NCBI GenBank assembly: GCA_963711565.1
Contig: CAVQEQ010000001.1
Location: forward strand, 896,001-960,000
Direction of reading: 5' to 3'
Source of the DNA: an uncultured delta proteobacterium
GTDB lineage: Bacteria; Desulfobacterota; Binatia; Binatales; Binataceae
Length of the DNA stretch: 64,000 nucleotides
Under the pieces are notes generated by a model. The model was not told the DNA's origin and searched no databases. It saw nothing but the letters and a program-made list of their open reading frames with translations. The translations under genes and the position numbers were made by a program. Within the stretch, counting starts at the first letter, position 1, and every line of letters starts with the position of its first letter. Shown here piece by piece: positions 18,902 through 28,391 of this stretch.

Positions 18902-20725
18902 ATGCCGCGAAGTACTCGCGCCAAAGCGCGTTCACGAGGCGGATCGATCCAGGAAAAACCGCGGCCATCTTCGGATCGCGCCTCATCAGAACCAGCTCGG
19001 CTCAGTGGTAATACGGCCGAAGCGTCTTTCATTCGCTTGAAAATAATCGACGCGGCGCTGATCGCACTCTTGCTCGGTTTCGCGATGCTTATGATCGTGA
19101 ACACCGGATTTGCCAACGGGCAGGAGTTGTGGCCGATGCCCGACGCGGTTGAATACGCGGCGACCGCGGTAAACCTGGATCGCGGGCTCGGCCCGGTGCT
19201 CCATTTCGGCGGGAATACTTATCCGAGCCGCTACACGATCGGTTATCCACTCATCCTCGCGGCGGCGTATCCAATTCTGGGCCGCAAGCCCGAGCGGCTA
19301 TGCCTCGTTACAGCGCTGACGGCATTGATTGCGATCGCCGGCCTATATCTGCTGACGCTGTGGGTGCTCGACCGGCCAAGCGCGATTGTGGCCGGGCTGC
19401 TCCTCGCTACATCGCCGCATTTTCTCGGGCTTTCCACTTGCGTGCTGAGTGACGTTCCTTCGCTTGCCGTCGTAATTCTCGCGGTGCTGACGTTTTTGTA
19501 TGCCGAAGAAAAACGAAGCCTGGCCGCGTCCGCGCTCTGCGGGATTCTGGTCGGCCTGGCCGTCACGATCCGCGTGACCAACGGCGCCATTTTGATCGGA
19601 ATGATCGCGGCGGCTTTGCTGGTCCAACCGCGCAGAGCGCAATTCGTGCGAGTGACAGCGTTCGCGATCGGATTCATCGTATTTCCAGGATTGCAGACTT
19701 GGCTGAATCTGCATTTCCTCGGTTCGCCGCTCTCGAACGGTTACGCCTTCTGGCTGCCGCAGTACTACAGCTCGGTTTTTCAGCCCTTCAAGCTGAGCTA
19801 CCTCGTTATGCCTCCCGATCCGTCGTCGCGGCACGGAAATTCTGTGACCTATGCGATTGCGATGCTTGGTCTCGGCGGCGTCCTCGGCCAGCTTACTGTA
19901 GGTACCGAGCTTCGAACGCTAATTCGCGCGCGCTACGCTTTGTACCCGTTTCCAGTGGTGATTTTTGCCGGACTGGGAGTGTTTTTCGCGCTGCACCGCA
20001 AGCGCAGCGCGCGCATGATGCGTGCGGTGTATTTGGGCCTGGGCTTTCTCGCCTCGCTGTTGCTCATTTACCTTCTTTATTTCTGTGTCGATCCTCGCTT
20101 CATGCTGCCGGCGTTGTTTATCGTTTTCTCCGCGGCGGGTTACGGGCTGATCAGCGCGAATCGAAGGCTCGAGCGTGGATGGGTGGGATTTGCGGTGATT
20201 GCGCTGGACGTGGTTCTCGCCGGCGCGGTCGTAGTGCAGACGGTCTCGCGACTTGCGACACCGTTGCCGCAGAATTCGAAGCTGGTCGCCAACGTCCTCG
20301 CGATCCGGCCGCGGCTCGCGAACGCGGTGGTGGTCACCGATATTTCTCTGCAATGGATCGAGCTTTACGCAGGCGGCGAACAAACCGAGTTTGTCGGGCT
20401 CAACAATCTATATACCGCGCAAGTGCCCGACCAGATTGTAACCGAGTACCATCTGTACTTGCTCGACGCCAAAAAATCCGCAGGATGGTCCGGGCCGATA
20501 CCGCCGGTGCTTTTCCCCGGTGGCGAACTCGATTCAGCCGAAGCGCACAAACTCGCGGACGAGGATAGGCATGGACGGCCGGTGTACGCGCTGATATCGA
20601 AGCCGCTGACCCGCGAATGGCAGAGCGTGCTTCAGCAGGAGGCCGCCGAAATCGATCGCTACTTCACCGACGAAACCGTCACGGACTATCCCGAAGTGGG
20701 GCTGTACCGTCTGACGCCTCGCTAG
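18902..20725 (+). CDS. GT39/ArnT-PMT-like polytopic glycosyltransferase
   Basis: PDAVEY acidic loop, GYPL, LSD.P, ~12 TM segments, RFMLP. Confidence 0.72.
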   Translation: MPRSTRAKARSRGGSIQEKPRPSSDRASSEPARLSGNTAEASFIRLKIIDAALIALLLGFAMLMIVNTGFANGQELWPMPDAVEYAATAVNLDRGLGPVLHFGGNTYPSRYTIGYPLILAAAYPILGRKPERLCLVTALTALIAIAGLYLLTLWVLDRPSAIVAGLLLATSPHFLGLSTCVLSDVPSLAVVILAVLTFLYAEEKRSLAASALCGILVGLAVTIRVTNGAILIGMIAAALLVQPRRAQFVRVTAFAIGFIVFPGLQTWLNLHFLGSPLSNGYAFWLPQYYSSVFQPFKLSYLVMPPDPSSRHGNSVTYAIAMLGLGGVLGQLTVGTELRTLIRARYALYPFPVVIFAGLGVFFALHRKRSARMMRAVYLGLGFLASLLLIYLLYFCVDPRFMLPALFIVFSAAGYGLISANRRLERGWVGFAVIALDVVLAGAVVVQTVSRLATPLPQNSKLVANVLAIRPRLANAVVVTDISLQWIELYAGGEQTEFVGLNNLYTAQVPDQIVTEYHLYLLDAKKSAGWSGPIPPVLFPGGELDSAEAHKLADEDRHGRPVYALISKPLTREWQSVLQQEAAEIDRYFTDETVTDYPEVGLYRLTPR

Positions 20726-20726
20726 C

Positions 20727-21758
20727 CTATATAGGTACACCCGCGCGGGCGAGCGCGGCGGCGAGGCGTGCGACTTCATCGGCTTTGTCCCGGTCGCTGC
20801 GAATCTGCTCGTAACGGCTCCAGACTCGCATCTCTTCGTACGGATTGGTCGGGCCACCGCGATCGAGGATGTCATTCACCATCCGTTCGAAGTACGCGCC
20901 CCAATCCGGCTGGCTGCCATCCGAGTCGCGAAAGCCGTACTCGCGCGCGAGCGTCCAACTTGAAAACACCTTGCCCGTCTTGCTTGCGACGTTCGGGTCC
21001 GTCGCCAGCGCGACGACGGCGCGCCCCACATACGCGGGAGTTTCAGACTCGGCAAAATCGGGATTCTTTGAGATCGCATCGCGCCAGTTTGCTTCGGTCA
21101 CACCAAACCCATCGAGCATCGCTTCCGAGCGGAGAAACCCTGGCGTCAGCGCCAGGGCAACGACCTTGTGTCTCCGCAGCTCGGCGGCCATCGCGTACGC
21201 GAGCCGAATCGCAGAGATCTTCGCGAGGTCGTAAAACAGATTGCCGCGATAATCGAGATGCATCCCGTCCGTGATTTCGACAATCAGCCCCGACTTCTGC
21301 CTCACCATCAGCGGCGCACCGAAGCGGGCAGTCAGAATATGCGTCTGCACCGCCAACTCCTGCATCCTGAGGCCCTTGGCGGGATCGAGTTTCCAAAACG
21401 GCTTGCCCCATTCGCTCAGCTCATCGCCGCCCCAAATGTCGTTGACCAAAATGTCGAGCCGCTGGAAATCGCGCTCGACCCGCTCGAATAGTGCGCGAAC
21501 TTCATCCGCGATTGTGTGATCGACGCGGATTGCGACGCCGACTCCGCCCGCCGCCGTGACCAGCTCTGCCGTCTCCTCGATCGTCTCAGGTCTGCCGACA
21601 GTCGCAGGATTGCCGCGAGCACTGCGTCCGGTGCAAATGACAGTAGCGCCCGCGGCGCCGAGCATCGTCGCGATGCCGCGCCCGGCTCCGCGCGTCGCGC
21701 CAGCCACGAGTGCGATTTTCCCGGCAAGCGGTTTCCTGGCGTCGGCAGTGTTCATCAC
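20727..21758 (-). CDS. SDR family oxidoreductase
   Basis: AGATRGAGRG, LDILVND, YDLAK. Confidence 0.9.
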   Translation of the reverse strand: MMNTADARKPLAGKIALVAGATRGAGRGIATMLGAAGATVICTGRSARGNPATVGRPETIEETAELVTAAGGVGVAIRVDHTIADEVRALFERVERDFQRLDILVNDIWGGDELSEWGKPFWKLDPAKGLRMQELAVQTHILTARFGAPLMVRQKSGLIVEITDGMHLDYRGNLFYDLAKISAIRLAYAMAAELRRHKVVALALTPGFLRSEAMLDGFGVTEANWRDAISKNPDFAESETPAYVGRAVVALATDPNVASKTGKVFSSWTLAREYGFRDSDGSQPDWGAYFERMVNDILDRGGPTNPYEEMRVWSRYEQIRSDRDKADEVARLAAALARAGVPI

Positions 21759-23095
21759 GCCTCGAAAGCGTAGGCCGCTTCCTCATGCTCGCTGAGATCC
21801 AGTCCGATCTGTTCCGACTCGTCCATCACGCGGAGACCGACCAACGCGTCGGTCACCTTCAATAGAATCGTGCTGCCGACGAACGAGAACGCGATGCTCG
21901 CGAGAACCGCCGTCGCCTGAATGAATAGCTGGCGCGGATTTCCGTAGAAAAGACCGTTGGCGCCGGCCGCGTTGACCAGCACGCTGGCAAACAGCCCGGT
22001 CGCAAGCGCACCCCAGATTCCGCCGACAGCATGCACACCGACCACGTCGAGCGCGTCGTCGTAGCCGAATCGCGACTTCATCCGCACCGCGCTGAAACAG
22101 AGCGCGCCTGCGACCCCGCCGATAACTATCGCCGCGCCGGGGCCGACGAACCCCGATGCGGGCGTTATCGCGACCAGTCCCGCGACCGCGCCGCTCGCCG
22201 CTCCCAGCACCGTGGGCTTGCCGCCGATCCACCATTCCGCCGCCACCCACGTCAGCGTCGCGGCCGAGGCGCCGAGATGAGTCGCGACAAACGCGGACAC
22301 TGCCAGACCGTCGGCGGCGAGCGAACTTCCCGCGTTGAACCCGAACCATCCAACCCACAGCAAGCCAGCGCCCGTGAGCGTCATCGTGAGATTATGCGGC
22401 GGCATCGGCTCATGCCGGTAGCCGCGGCGCGGACCGACCATCAGCGCGGCGGCAAGTGCGGCGACGCCCGACGAGATATGCACTACCGTGCCGCCGGCAA
22501 AGTCGAGCGCGCCCATCTCGTGGATCCAGCCGCCGACACCCCATACCCAGTGCGCCAGCGGATCGTAAATCAGCGTGACCCACATGATGCTGAAAACCAG
22601 GAAGCCTTTGAACGACATCCGCTCCGCAATCGCACCCGTGATGAGTGCGGGCGTGATCACGGCGAACATGCACTGGTAAATCATGTACGCCTGATGCGGC
22701 ACCGTCGCAGAATACGCGCCGTACGGCTGCGTCGCGCTGACGCCGCTGAGCCCCGCCCACGTGAGCGAACCGACGAACGCGCTGCCGGGCGAGAACGCGA
22801 GGCTGTAGCCGAACATCACCCATTGGATCGACACGATCGCGACCAGGATGAAGCTCTGCATCAGGGTCGAGAGCACGTTTTTGCGCCGCACCATCCCGCC
22901 GTAAAAAAGCGCGAGCCCTGGAATCGTCATCATCAGGACCAGCACCGACGAGAGCAGCAGCCACGCGGTGTCGGCGCCGTCGAATCTCGAAACGCCGGGA
23001 ATGGCGGCAGCGGCGGGCGTCGCGAACGCCAGGCAGATTGCGGCCATCAGAGCGATCCGAATGCGCGCGTGCGAGCGAGTTGATTTCACCACCAT
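21755..23095 (-). CDS. amt: Ammonium transporter (AmtB-like)
   Basis: PGLALFYGG, DFAGGTVVH, WFGFNAGS, DDALDVVGVH twin-His motifs. Confidence 0.95.
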   Translation of the reverse strand: MVVKSTRSHARIRIALMAAICLAFATPAAAAIPGVSRFDGADTAWLLLSSVLVLMMTIPGLALFYGGMVRRKNVLSTLMQSFILVAIVSIQWVMFGYSLAFSPGSAFVGSLTWAGLSGVSATQPYGAYSATVPHQAYMIYQCMFAVITPALITGAIAERMSFKGFLVFSIMWVTLIYDPLAHWVWGVGGWIHEMGALDFAGGTVVHISSGVAALAAALMVGPRRGYRHEPMPPHNLTMTLTGAGLLWVGWFGFNAGSSLAADGLAVSAFVATHLGASAATLTWVAAEWWIGGKPTVLGAASGAVAGLVAITPASGFVGPGAAIVIGGVAGALCFSAVRMKSRFGYDDALDVVGVHAVGGIWGALATGLFASVLVNAAGANGLFYGNPRQLFIQATAVLASIAFSFVGSTILLKVTDALVGLRVMDESEQIGLDLSEHEEAAYAFEA

Positions 23096-23131
23096 GTTCG
23101 AAGCCTCCAAGCATGCGAGAAATCCGCAACA

Positions 23132-23172
23132 TAGCAAAAAAGAGGCGGCTCAGATGAACCGCCTCTTTGCGT
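23132..23172. terminator. Intrinsic terminator hairpin; right copy of a direct repeat with 16794-16834
   Basis: AAAGAGGCGG-loop-CCGCCTCTTT with an A-run, downstream of the acyl-CoA dehydrogenase. Confidence 0.75.
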
Positions 23173-23191
23173 ACTTGCGATTGCGTCGGGC

Positions 23192-24379
23192 TCAGCCCTT
23201 CGGGAGTAGCAGGATGCGCTCGCCGATCATGTTCTTCTGCACCGGCGACGTACCGCCTGCGATCGTCATCGACTCTGAGGCGAGGATTCGGCGCATCCAG
23301 TCGCCGTCGGGGGCGAACGGCGTGTGTCGCTCGAGCAGCGCGTACTCGCCGAGCAGGCGCGTGATGAACTTGGTCATCCGCTGGCCGAGGTCGGTCGAGA
23401 GCAGTTTCGAGATCGACGCTTCGGGTCCGGGCTGCTGACCCTTGAGGCGTTTCGACAGGCTGCGCAGGCCGTTGTATTTCTTCGCGGTCGCTTCGATCGC
23501 GAACTGCGCGATTTGCTGGCGGATGTCGTTGTCCTCGATCGCGGGACGCCCGTTAAGCTGCACCGACTTGGCAATCTGGACGATTTGATGGAGCATCTGT
23601 TCCGTGCCGCCGAGCGTCTCGCCGATTCCGAACCGCTCGTGCATCAGCGTGGACACCAGCACCTGCCATCCCATGTTGATCGGGCCGAGCAGGTTTTCCT
23701 TGGGCACGCGCACGTCTTCGAAAAAGATTTCGTTGAACTCGCTGTCGCCGGTGATTTGCTTGAGCGGCCGCACGCTCACGCCGGGCGACTTCATATCGAC
23801 CAGCAACGCGCTCATCCCCTTGTGCTTGGGCACGTCGGGATCGGTGCGCACGAACAGCTGCACGAAGTCGGCGCGATGCGCGATCGTGGTCCAGACCTTC
23901 TGGCCGTTGACGACGAACTCGTCGCCCTTGAGCTCGGCCTTGCACTGGATCGACGCGAGATCCGAGCCCGCGCCCGGCTCCGACATCCCCTCGCACCAAA
24001 TTTCGTCGCCGGCAAGGATCGGATTCAGGTAGCGCTTTTTCTGCTCGTCGGTCCCCCACTGCATCAGCGCCGGGCCGGTCATGATGACGCCGAGCACGTT
24101 GCATCCCATCGGCAGGTTGAGGCGGCCGAGTTCCTGCTGAAAGATCACCTGCTCGATAAAGGTGGCGCCGCGCCCGCCGTATTCTTTCGGCCACGTCAGC
24201 CCGGCCCATCCGGCGTGGTAGAGCTTTTTGTGCCAAGCCTTGAGACGACCCCAGATTGCGTCGTCGCCGCCGGCCTCGGCGTCTTCGCTTCTGGCGAGAG
24301 ATTGCGGACGATTCTCTTCGAGCCACTTCCGCACGTCCATCCGATAGGCGTCTTGTTCAGCGCTCCAGGTAAAATCCAT
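23192..24379 (-). CDS. Acyl-CoA dehydrogenase (FadE-like)
   Basis: WCEGMSEPGAGSDLA, NGQKVWT, FNEIFFEDVRVP, IAGGT. Confidence 0.93.
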   Translation of the reverse strand: MDFTWSAEQDAYRMDVRKWLEENRPQSLARSEDAEAGGDDAIWGRLKAWHKKLYHAGWAGLTWPKEYGGRGATFIEQVIFQQELGRLNLPMGCNVLGVIMTGPALMQWGTDEQKKRYLNPILAGDEIWCEGMSEPGAGSDLASIQCKAELKGDEFVVNGQKVWTTIAHRADFVQLFVRTDPDVPKHKGMSALLVDMKSPGVSVRPLKQITGDSEFNEIFFEDVRVPKENLLGPINMGWQVLVSTLMHERFGIGETLGGTEQMLHQIVQIAKSVQLNGRPAIEDNDIRQQIAQFAIEATAKKYNGLRSLSKRLKGQQPGPEASISKLLSTDLGQRMTKFITRLLGEYALLERHTPFAPDGDWMRRILASESMTIAGGTSPVQKNMIGERILLLPKG

Positions 24380-24603
24380 TTTCTTAGAAGTTCTCCTGTT
24401 TCAGTGCTCGGAGCGATTTTGCCCTGCCACGTCAGGGCGGCCCGAGACTCTGGTATCTCTTGAGTACCGCCCATTCAGATCGCGGAGCAAGAGCCGCGTG
24501 GGGGCGAATCGGGAACGGACCATAGCGAAACGAGGAGGTTCCGGTCTTTCCGTTGGTTTAAGAGGATCGCGCCGCGCCGTCGGCGCCACCGAGATTTTGA
24601 CCC

Positions 24604-25503
24604 TCAAGGCAGCGGGACAAACGAGCACGGCTTAAGCGCCTTATGCGGCCCGTAACAGGCGCTGAAACCGTCCAATGTCGAGTCCAGATTCGATACGTTA
24701 GACGACTCGCCATGGGGATCGCGCATAACGATACTGTCGGCCAAGTTGAGTAGAGCGCTAACGCCGTTGGTCATCGACTGGTCGAAAGTCGTGGTGCCGA
24801 AGTCCGCGAGCGGCAGGATTCCATGCCGGCCGGTGGGAGCTTCTTCAATCCATTCCGCTGAAAGATTCGGGGACGCGTACTCGAAATCCTGGCTCCAATT
24901 CATGGCAGTCGTCTCATTCGTCATCGAAAGCGTCCAGCTCTGGCTGCCCGTGCAATCGCCATCACAGGTCAGTGATGCGGTGATCACGTCGCCGGGATTC
25001 ACCACCAGCGTCGTCGCGACCGACGGCTCCGGCAGCATCTCGTACCAGGCGAAATAATCTGTCTCCGTACGGCTCTCCGCCACTTGCGCAGTACCGAGCT
25101 GAATAAGAGTTTGATCGACGTCCTTGGCCTTGCATCTCATATTTTCGCAAAATCCGCCGATCCCGACCCAATTTGACGAAACCGCGGACTTCTTCTTGAA
25201 AACAACCGTAGGAACCACCCAGGTCGCCTGCGCAGAAACGTATCTTTCGCCTGTTATAAACTCGGGCAGGACGTAGCCAGACCAGTTGGTGCTGATGAAC
25301 TGAGCTTCCCCGGTCATCAGCGCGTTGCCATTCGCGTCGGGAATCACCTGGATGGGGGCGTGCTTCGCTGTGACGATTGACGCGCGACTGGGATCGAGTC
25401 GGAGTTGCGCTGCTTCTCCAGATAACGTTGCCGCGACAAGCGCGAGGGCGACGGCGCAGATCACGATCGGAAATGCGATTGACGATTTATTGGATGAATT
25501 CAC
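24604..25503 (-). CDS. Secreted G1-family glutamic peptidase
   Basis: Signal peptide; STNWSGY, WVGIGG, LIQLGT, AWYE, SAEWIEE motifs. Confidence 0.85.
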   Translation of the reverse strand: MNSSNKSSIAFPIVICAVALALVAATLSGEAAQLRLDPSRASIVTAKHAPIQVIPDANGNALMTGEAQFISTNWSGYVLPEFITGERYVSAQATWVVPTVVFKKKSAVSSNWVGIGGFCENMRCKAKDVDQTLIQLGTAQVAESRTETDYFAWYEMLPEPSVATTLVVNPGDVITASLTCDGDCTGSQSWTLSMTNETTAMNWSQDFEYASPNLSAEWIEEAPTGRHGILPLADFGTTTFDQSMTNGVSALLNLADSIVMRDPHGESSNVSNLDSTLDGFSACYGPHKALKPCSFVPLP

Positions 25504-25551
25504 GGACGATCACATGACCATCCCATCAACTCAAAGTCAACGTTCATTTGG

Positions 25552-26001
25552 TCAGTTGCCGCGTTCCGGCGGCGAGCCTTGCGGCTCGAACTGCACCTTC
25601 TGACCCGCGAAGATCGCTTCGAACGAAAGTTGGGTACTCGACGGACCGGCAGTCACGACGATCCCGTACGTGCCCGGATGCGGCAGCGACATGTTGATGT
25701 TGATTGCGACGGGGATTTTTATCGACGCCGTTTTGGGGACGTCCGGCGCGGGCTGCCCGGTTTCAACCTGCCCTTTCATTTCGGGGACTATCGGAACACC
25801 GCTCTCGTCGGCGATTGCGACGTTCAGCGCATACTTCATGCCGATTTCACTGGAAGCGAACCCGAGGCCAATCGCGATTGCAAATTGAACCGGCGCCGGG
25901 TAGCTGGCCGCTCGAAACAGATTCCATCCTCCCCCCAGCACAAAAACCTTGCCGCCAACCGCCTGGGCCGCATCGGCGAGCAAAGCATATTCGATCTTCA
26001 T
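25552..26001 (-). CDS. Hypothetical protein (DUF6941-like)
   Basis: LADAAQ..GGK..VLGGGW N-terminus, PGTY C-terminal strand. Confidence 0.65.
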   Translation of the reverse strand: MKIEYALLADAAQAVGGKVFVLGGGWNLFRAASYPAPVQFAIAIGLGFASSEIGMKYALNVAIADESGVPIVPEMKGQVETGQPAPDVPKTASIKIPVAININMSLPHPGTYGIVVTAGPSSTQLSFEAIFAGQKVQFEPQGSPPERGN

Positions 26002-26055
26002 TTTTCCAAACCTCCAACGCGCGCTCTTAATAGCAATACGCGGAAACAGCCGGTG

Positions 26056-27363
26056 TCAACTTGCGGCGCGCGGCAGCTCGGATTCGGCGGCGGCCTGTGC
26101 GTTAAGAATGCGCACGATATTCTGCGCCATGAAGCTGCCGAGGATCTTCTCGCGCGCGGTCGCGTCGAGCTTGCGCGCCTGACGGCTGACCTCGGCGCAT
26201 CGCTCGAGCATCGCAGCCTCGAGCGGCCGGAAATGCTTCCATGCGATCGGCGCCAGGCGCTCTGGCGCAACCGCGATCAGATCCTGGATCTTCCTGAAGC
26301 GCCACCATGGCGAGTCCGCGGACGGTTTTTCTCCACCGGCGGCGAGAATGGGTGGCAGCGTCCCGCCCACGAACAGCGGAAATGCGATCGACGTGCACGG
26401 CGCGGCGAACGACGCCCATAGCACCGGGATCGTGTCCGCATCGGGCGCCGGAATTTCGGCGACCATGCTCGCGGTCGTGCCCGAGACCGAGCCGTGCATG
26501 CATAGCGTCGGCGAGTCGTCGCGCGGCGTGCCGACGGCGGGCGGCATCTCGCCGCGCGCGCCGTGGTCGCGCAGTATCGCGAGCATCTCGCGGATAGTGC
26601 GGCGGCCGTTGCGCGAGACGAGTTCGCGGCTGCGCGCCAGGCGTCCGCGCGCAGTCAGCGGATCGCTTTTGTCCTTGCCGGGATTGCGGCTCGAATACGC
26701 GGCAGCGAAGTCGAACGACGATTCGCCTTCGCACCATCCGCGAGCGCGCGCATAGCTTTCAACGTCCGCCGAGCCGAGGCTGCCGGAATCGATCGTCAAT
26801 CGATTCGAAATGCACGCGCGCTCCTCGACGCGGCGCACAATCCATTGGCGGCCCGAGCTTTCCAGCACGTAAGCGTCAACGTGATCGGCGATGATGAAAC
26901 TGCCGCAGTAGCGGAAATCCACGTCGTATTGCGCGGAGCCGCCCTGCCCGTAGCGTTCGATCAACCCTCCGATAATTTCAGTCGCCTCGCGCGCAGTCTT
27001 CGAGCGCTCGAGGCCGAGCCGCACCAGATCCATCCCGAGCAGCCCTGTCAACGGCAGCGTCTCGCGCGTCAGCACCGCCTCGTTGCCAATCGCGACCCCG
27101 TACTCGTTGAGCCCCTGCTCGAAACCCCACAGCCAGAAAGGGCGCGAGCCGATCACGGCGGCAGTCTCGGCAACTTGTGGAATTTCGAGATACTGGCAGT
27201 GAACGGTCGCGCCGTCGCGATGAACACGATGCGGAGCCTGCGCCAGCGGCTGGCATTCGTAGGGCGACCGGTCGGAATTCTTGGCCAGGATCGTCGCGCC
27301 CGCGCGTGTATGCGGCGCGAGCACGACGATAGTATCGCAGGAAGGGAGCGGGAACGCGGCCAT
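26056..27363 (-). CDS. C69 family dipeptidase / secernin-like Ntn hydrolase
   Basis: SCDT N-terminal nucleophile, AKNSDR, GLNEYGVAIGNEA, GMDLVRLGLER. Confidence 0.88.
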   Translation of the reverse strand: MAAFPLPSCDTIVVLAPHTRAGATILAKNSDRSPYECQPLAQAPHRVHRDGATVHCQYLEIPQVAETAAVIGSRPFWLWGFEQGLNEYGVAIGNEAVLTRETLPLTGLLGMDLVRLGLERSKTAREATEIIGGLIERYGQGGSAQYDVDFRYCGSFIIADHVDAYVLESSGRQWIVRRVEERACISNRLTIDSGSLGSADVESYARARGWCEGESSFDFAAAYSSRNPGKDKSDPLTARGRLARSRELVSRNGRRTIREMLAILRDHGARGEMPPAVGTPRDDSPTLCMHGSVSGTTASMVAEIPAPDADTIPVLWASFAAPCTSIAFPLFVGGTLPPILAAGGEKPSADSPWWRFRKIQDLIAVAPERLAPIAWKHFRPLEAAMLERCAEVSRQARKLDATAREKILGSFMAQNIVRILNAQAAAESELPRAAS

Positions 27364-27379
27364 GAGGAATAAATTGTAT

Positions 27380-27568
27380 GTGAAACCCGCGATGGGTTTC
27401 ACGCTTCCTTCGGCAGGGCTGACCCCTGCACCCAGCGATAAGAGAAGATGCGGGACTTCGTCCCTGTTAGGAGGTTTTAAGGAGGAGGTTGTGCGGCGCC
27501 CGACTCTTACCTCGCCCGTTCTTTTTACGGGAGAGGCGGCCGGCCGCATCGCGGCCGGTAGGTGAGGG
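27380..27568. repeat. Cluster of REP-like hairpins
   Basis: GTGAAACCC/GGGTTTCAC; CGGCAGGGCTGACCCCTGCACCC (22/23 match to inverted 52544-52566); CCTCGCCCG...CGGGAGAGG...GGTGAGGG. Confidence 0.65.
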
Positions 27569-27655
27569 TTCTGCGGCTCAAGATGCATGTAAGGCTCATC
27601 GCCGCCCGCTCTTTGTGTGATCTGGTCTTTGAGCCATTCTCAGCGACGTAGAATC

Positions 27656-28384
27656 ATGAATCGTAAGAGCCAATTTTCATACGTCTGCAATGCTTGCGGG
27701 CTATGCTGCCATAACAAGGTCATCACGCTCTCACCTTACGATGTGTTGCGGCTCGCGCGGGCGGCGGGTATCACCACGCGCGAGGCGATCGATCGCCTCA
27801 CGATTCGGCGCGGGTCGATTCTCAAGTTCGCGGACAGCGGCGCGTGCGTGGCGCTCGAAGGCGCGCGCTGCGGGGTCCATCGCGGACGTCCTCTTGCGTG
27901 CCGGCTTTATCCGCTGGGAATCGAGCGCGCCAAGGACGCGGGTGACGAGAAATTTGTGGTGCTGGAGCCCGCCGCGGGTTCGCTCGGGATTTACGGCGTC
28001 GACGGCAACGTCAATGAGTTCGTCGAGGGGCAGGGCGGCGCGCCGTATCTCGAAGCGAATGTGCGATATGCGTCGTTGCTCGCTGTTTTCCGCGAGCGAA
28101 TCGCGGCGACCGTCGATTTCGATCGAGTCGAGCCACGTGAGTTCTGGCGGCGCGCAGTTCGCGAAGCCCTCGCCGAGTCTAACTACGACCCGAATTCGCT
28201 GATCGACGGGATGTTCGATGCGGATGGAATCGTCGGTATCGGTATCGACGATGCGGAAATGATCGCCACGCATATCGAGCAACTCAAGGAGATGCTCGCG
28301 CGCGAGTCGAACCCCGAGATCATCGCGGCGGCCGCGGTAATGCTCGCGGTAAGCATCGGGTTTTCGCCCGCTGAAGTTCAGTGA
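27656..28384 (+). CDS. YkgJ family cysteine-cluster protein
   Basis: CNACGLCC...C...CGVHRGRPLACRLYP. Confidence 0.85.
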   Translation: MNRKSQFSYVCNACGLCCHNKVITLSPYDVLRLARAAGITTREAIDRLTIRRGSILKFADSGACVALEGARCGVHRGRPLACRLYPLGIERAKDAGDEKFVVLEPAAGSLGIYGVDGNVNEFVEGQGGAPYLEANVRYASLLAVFRERIAATVDFDRVEPREFWRRAVREALAESNYDPNSLIDGMFDADGIVGIGIDDAEMIATHIEQLKEMLARESNPEIIAAAAVMLAVSIGFSPAEVQ

Positions 28385-28391
28385 GGTCGCG

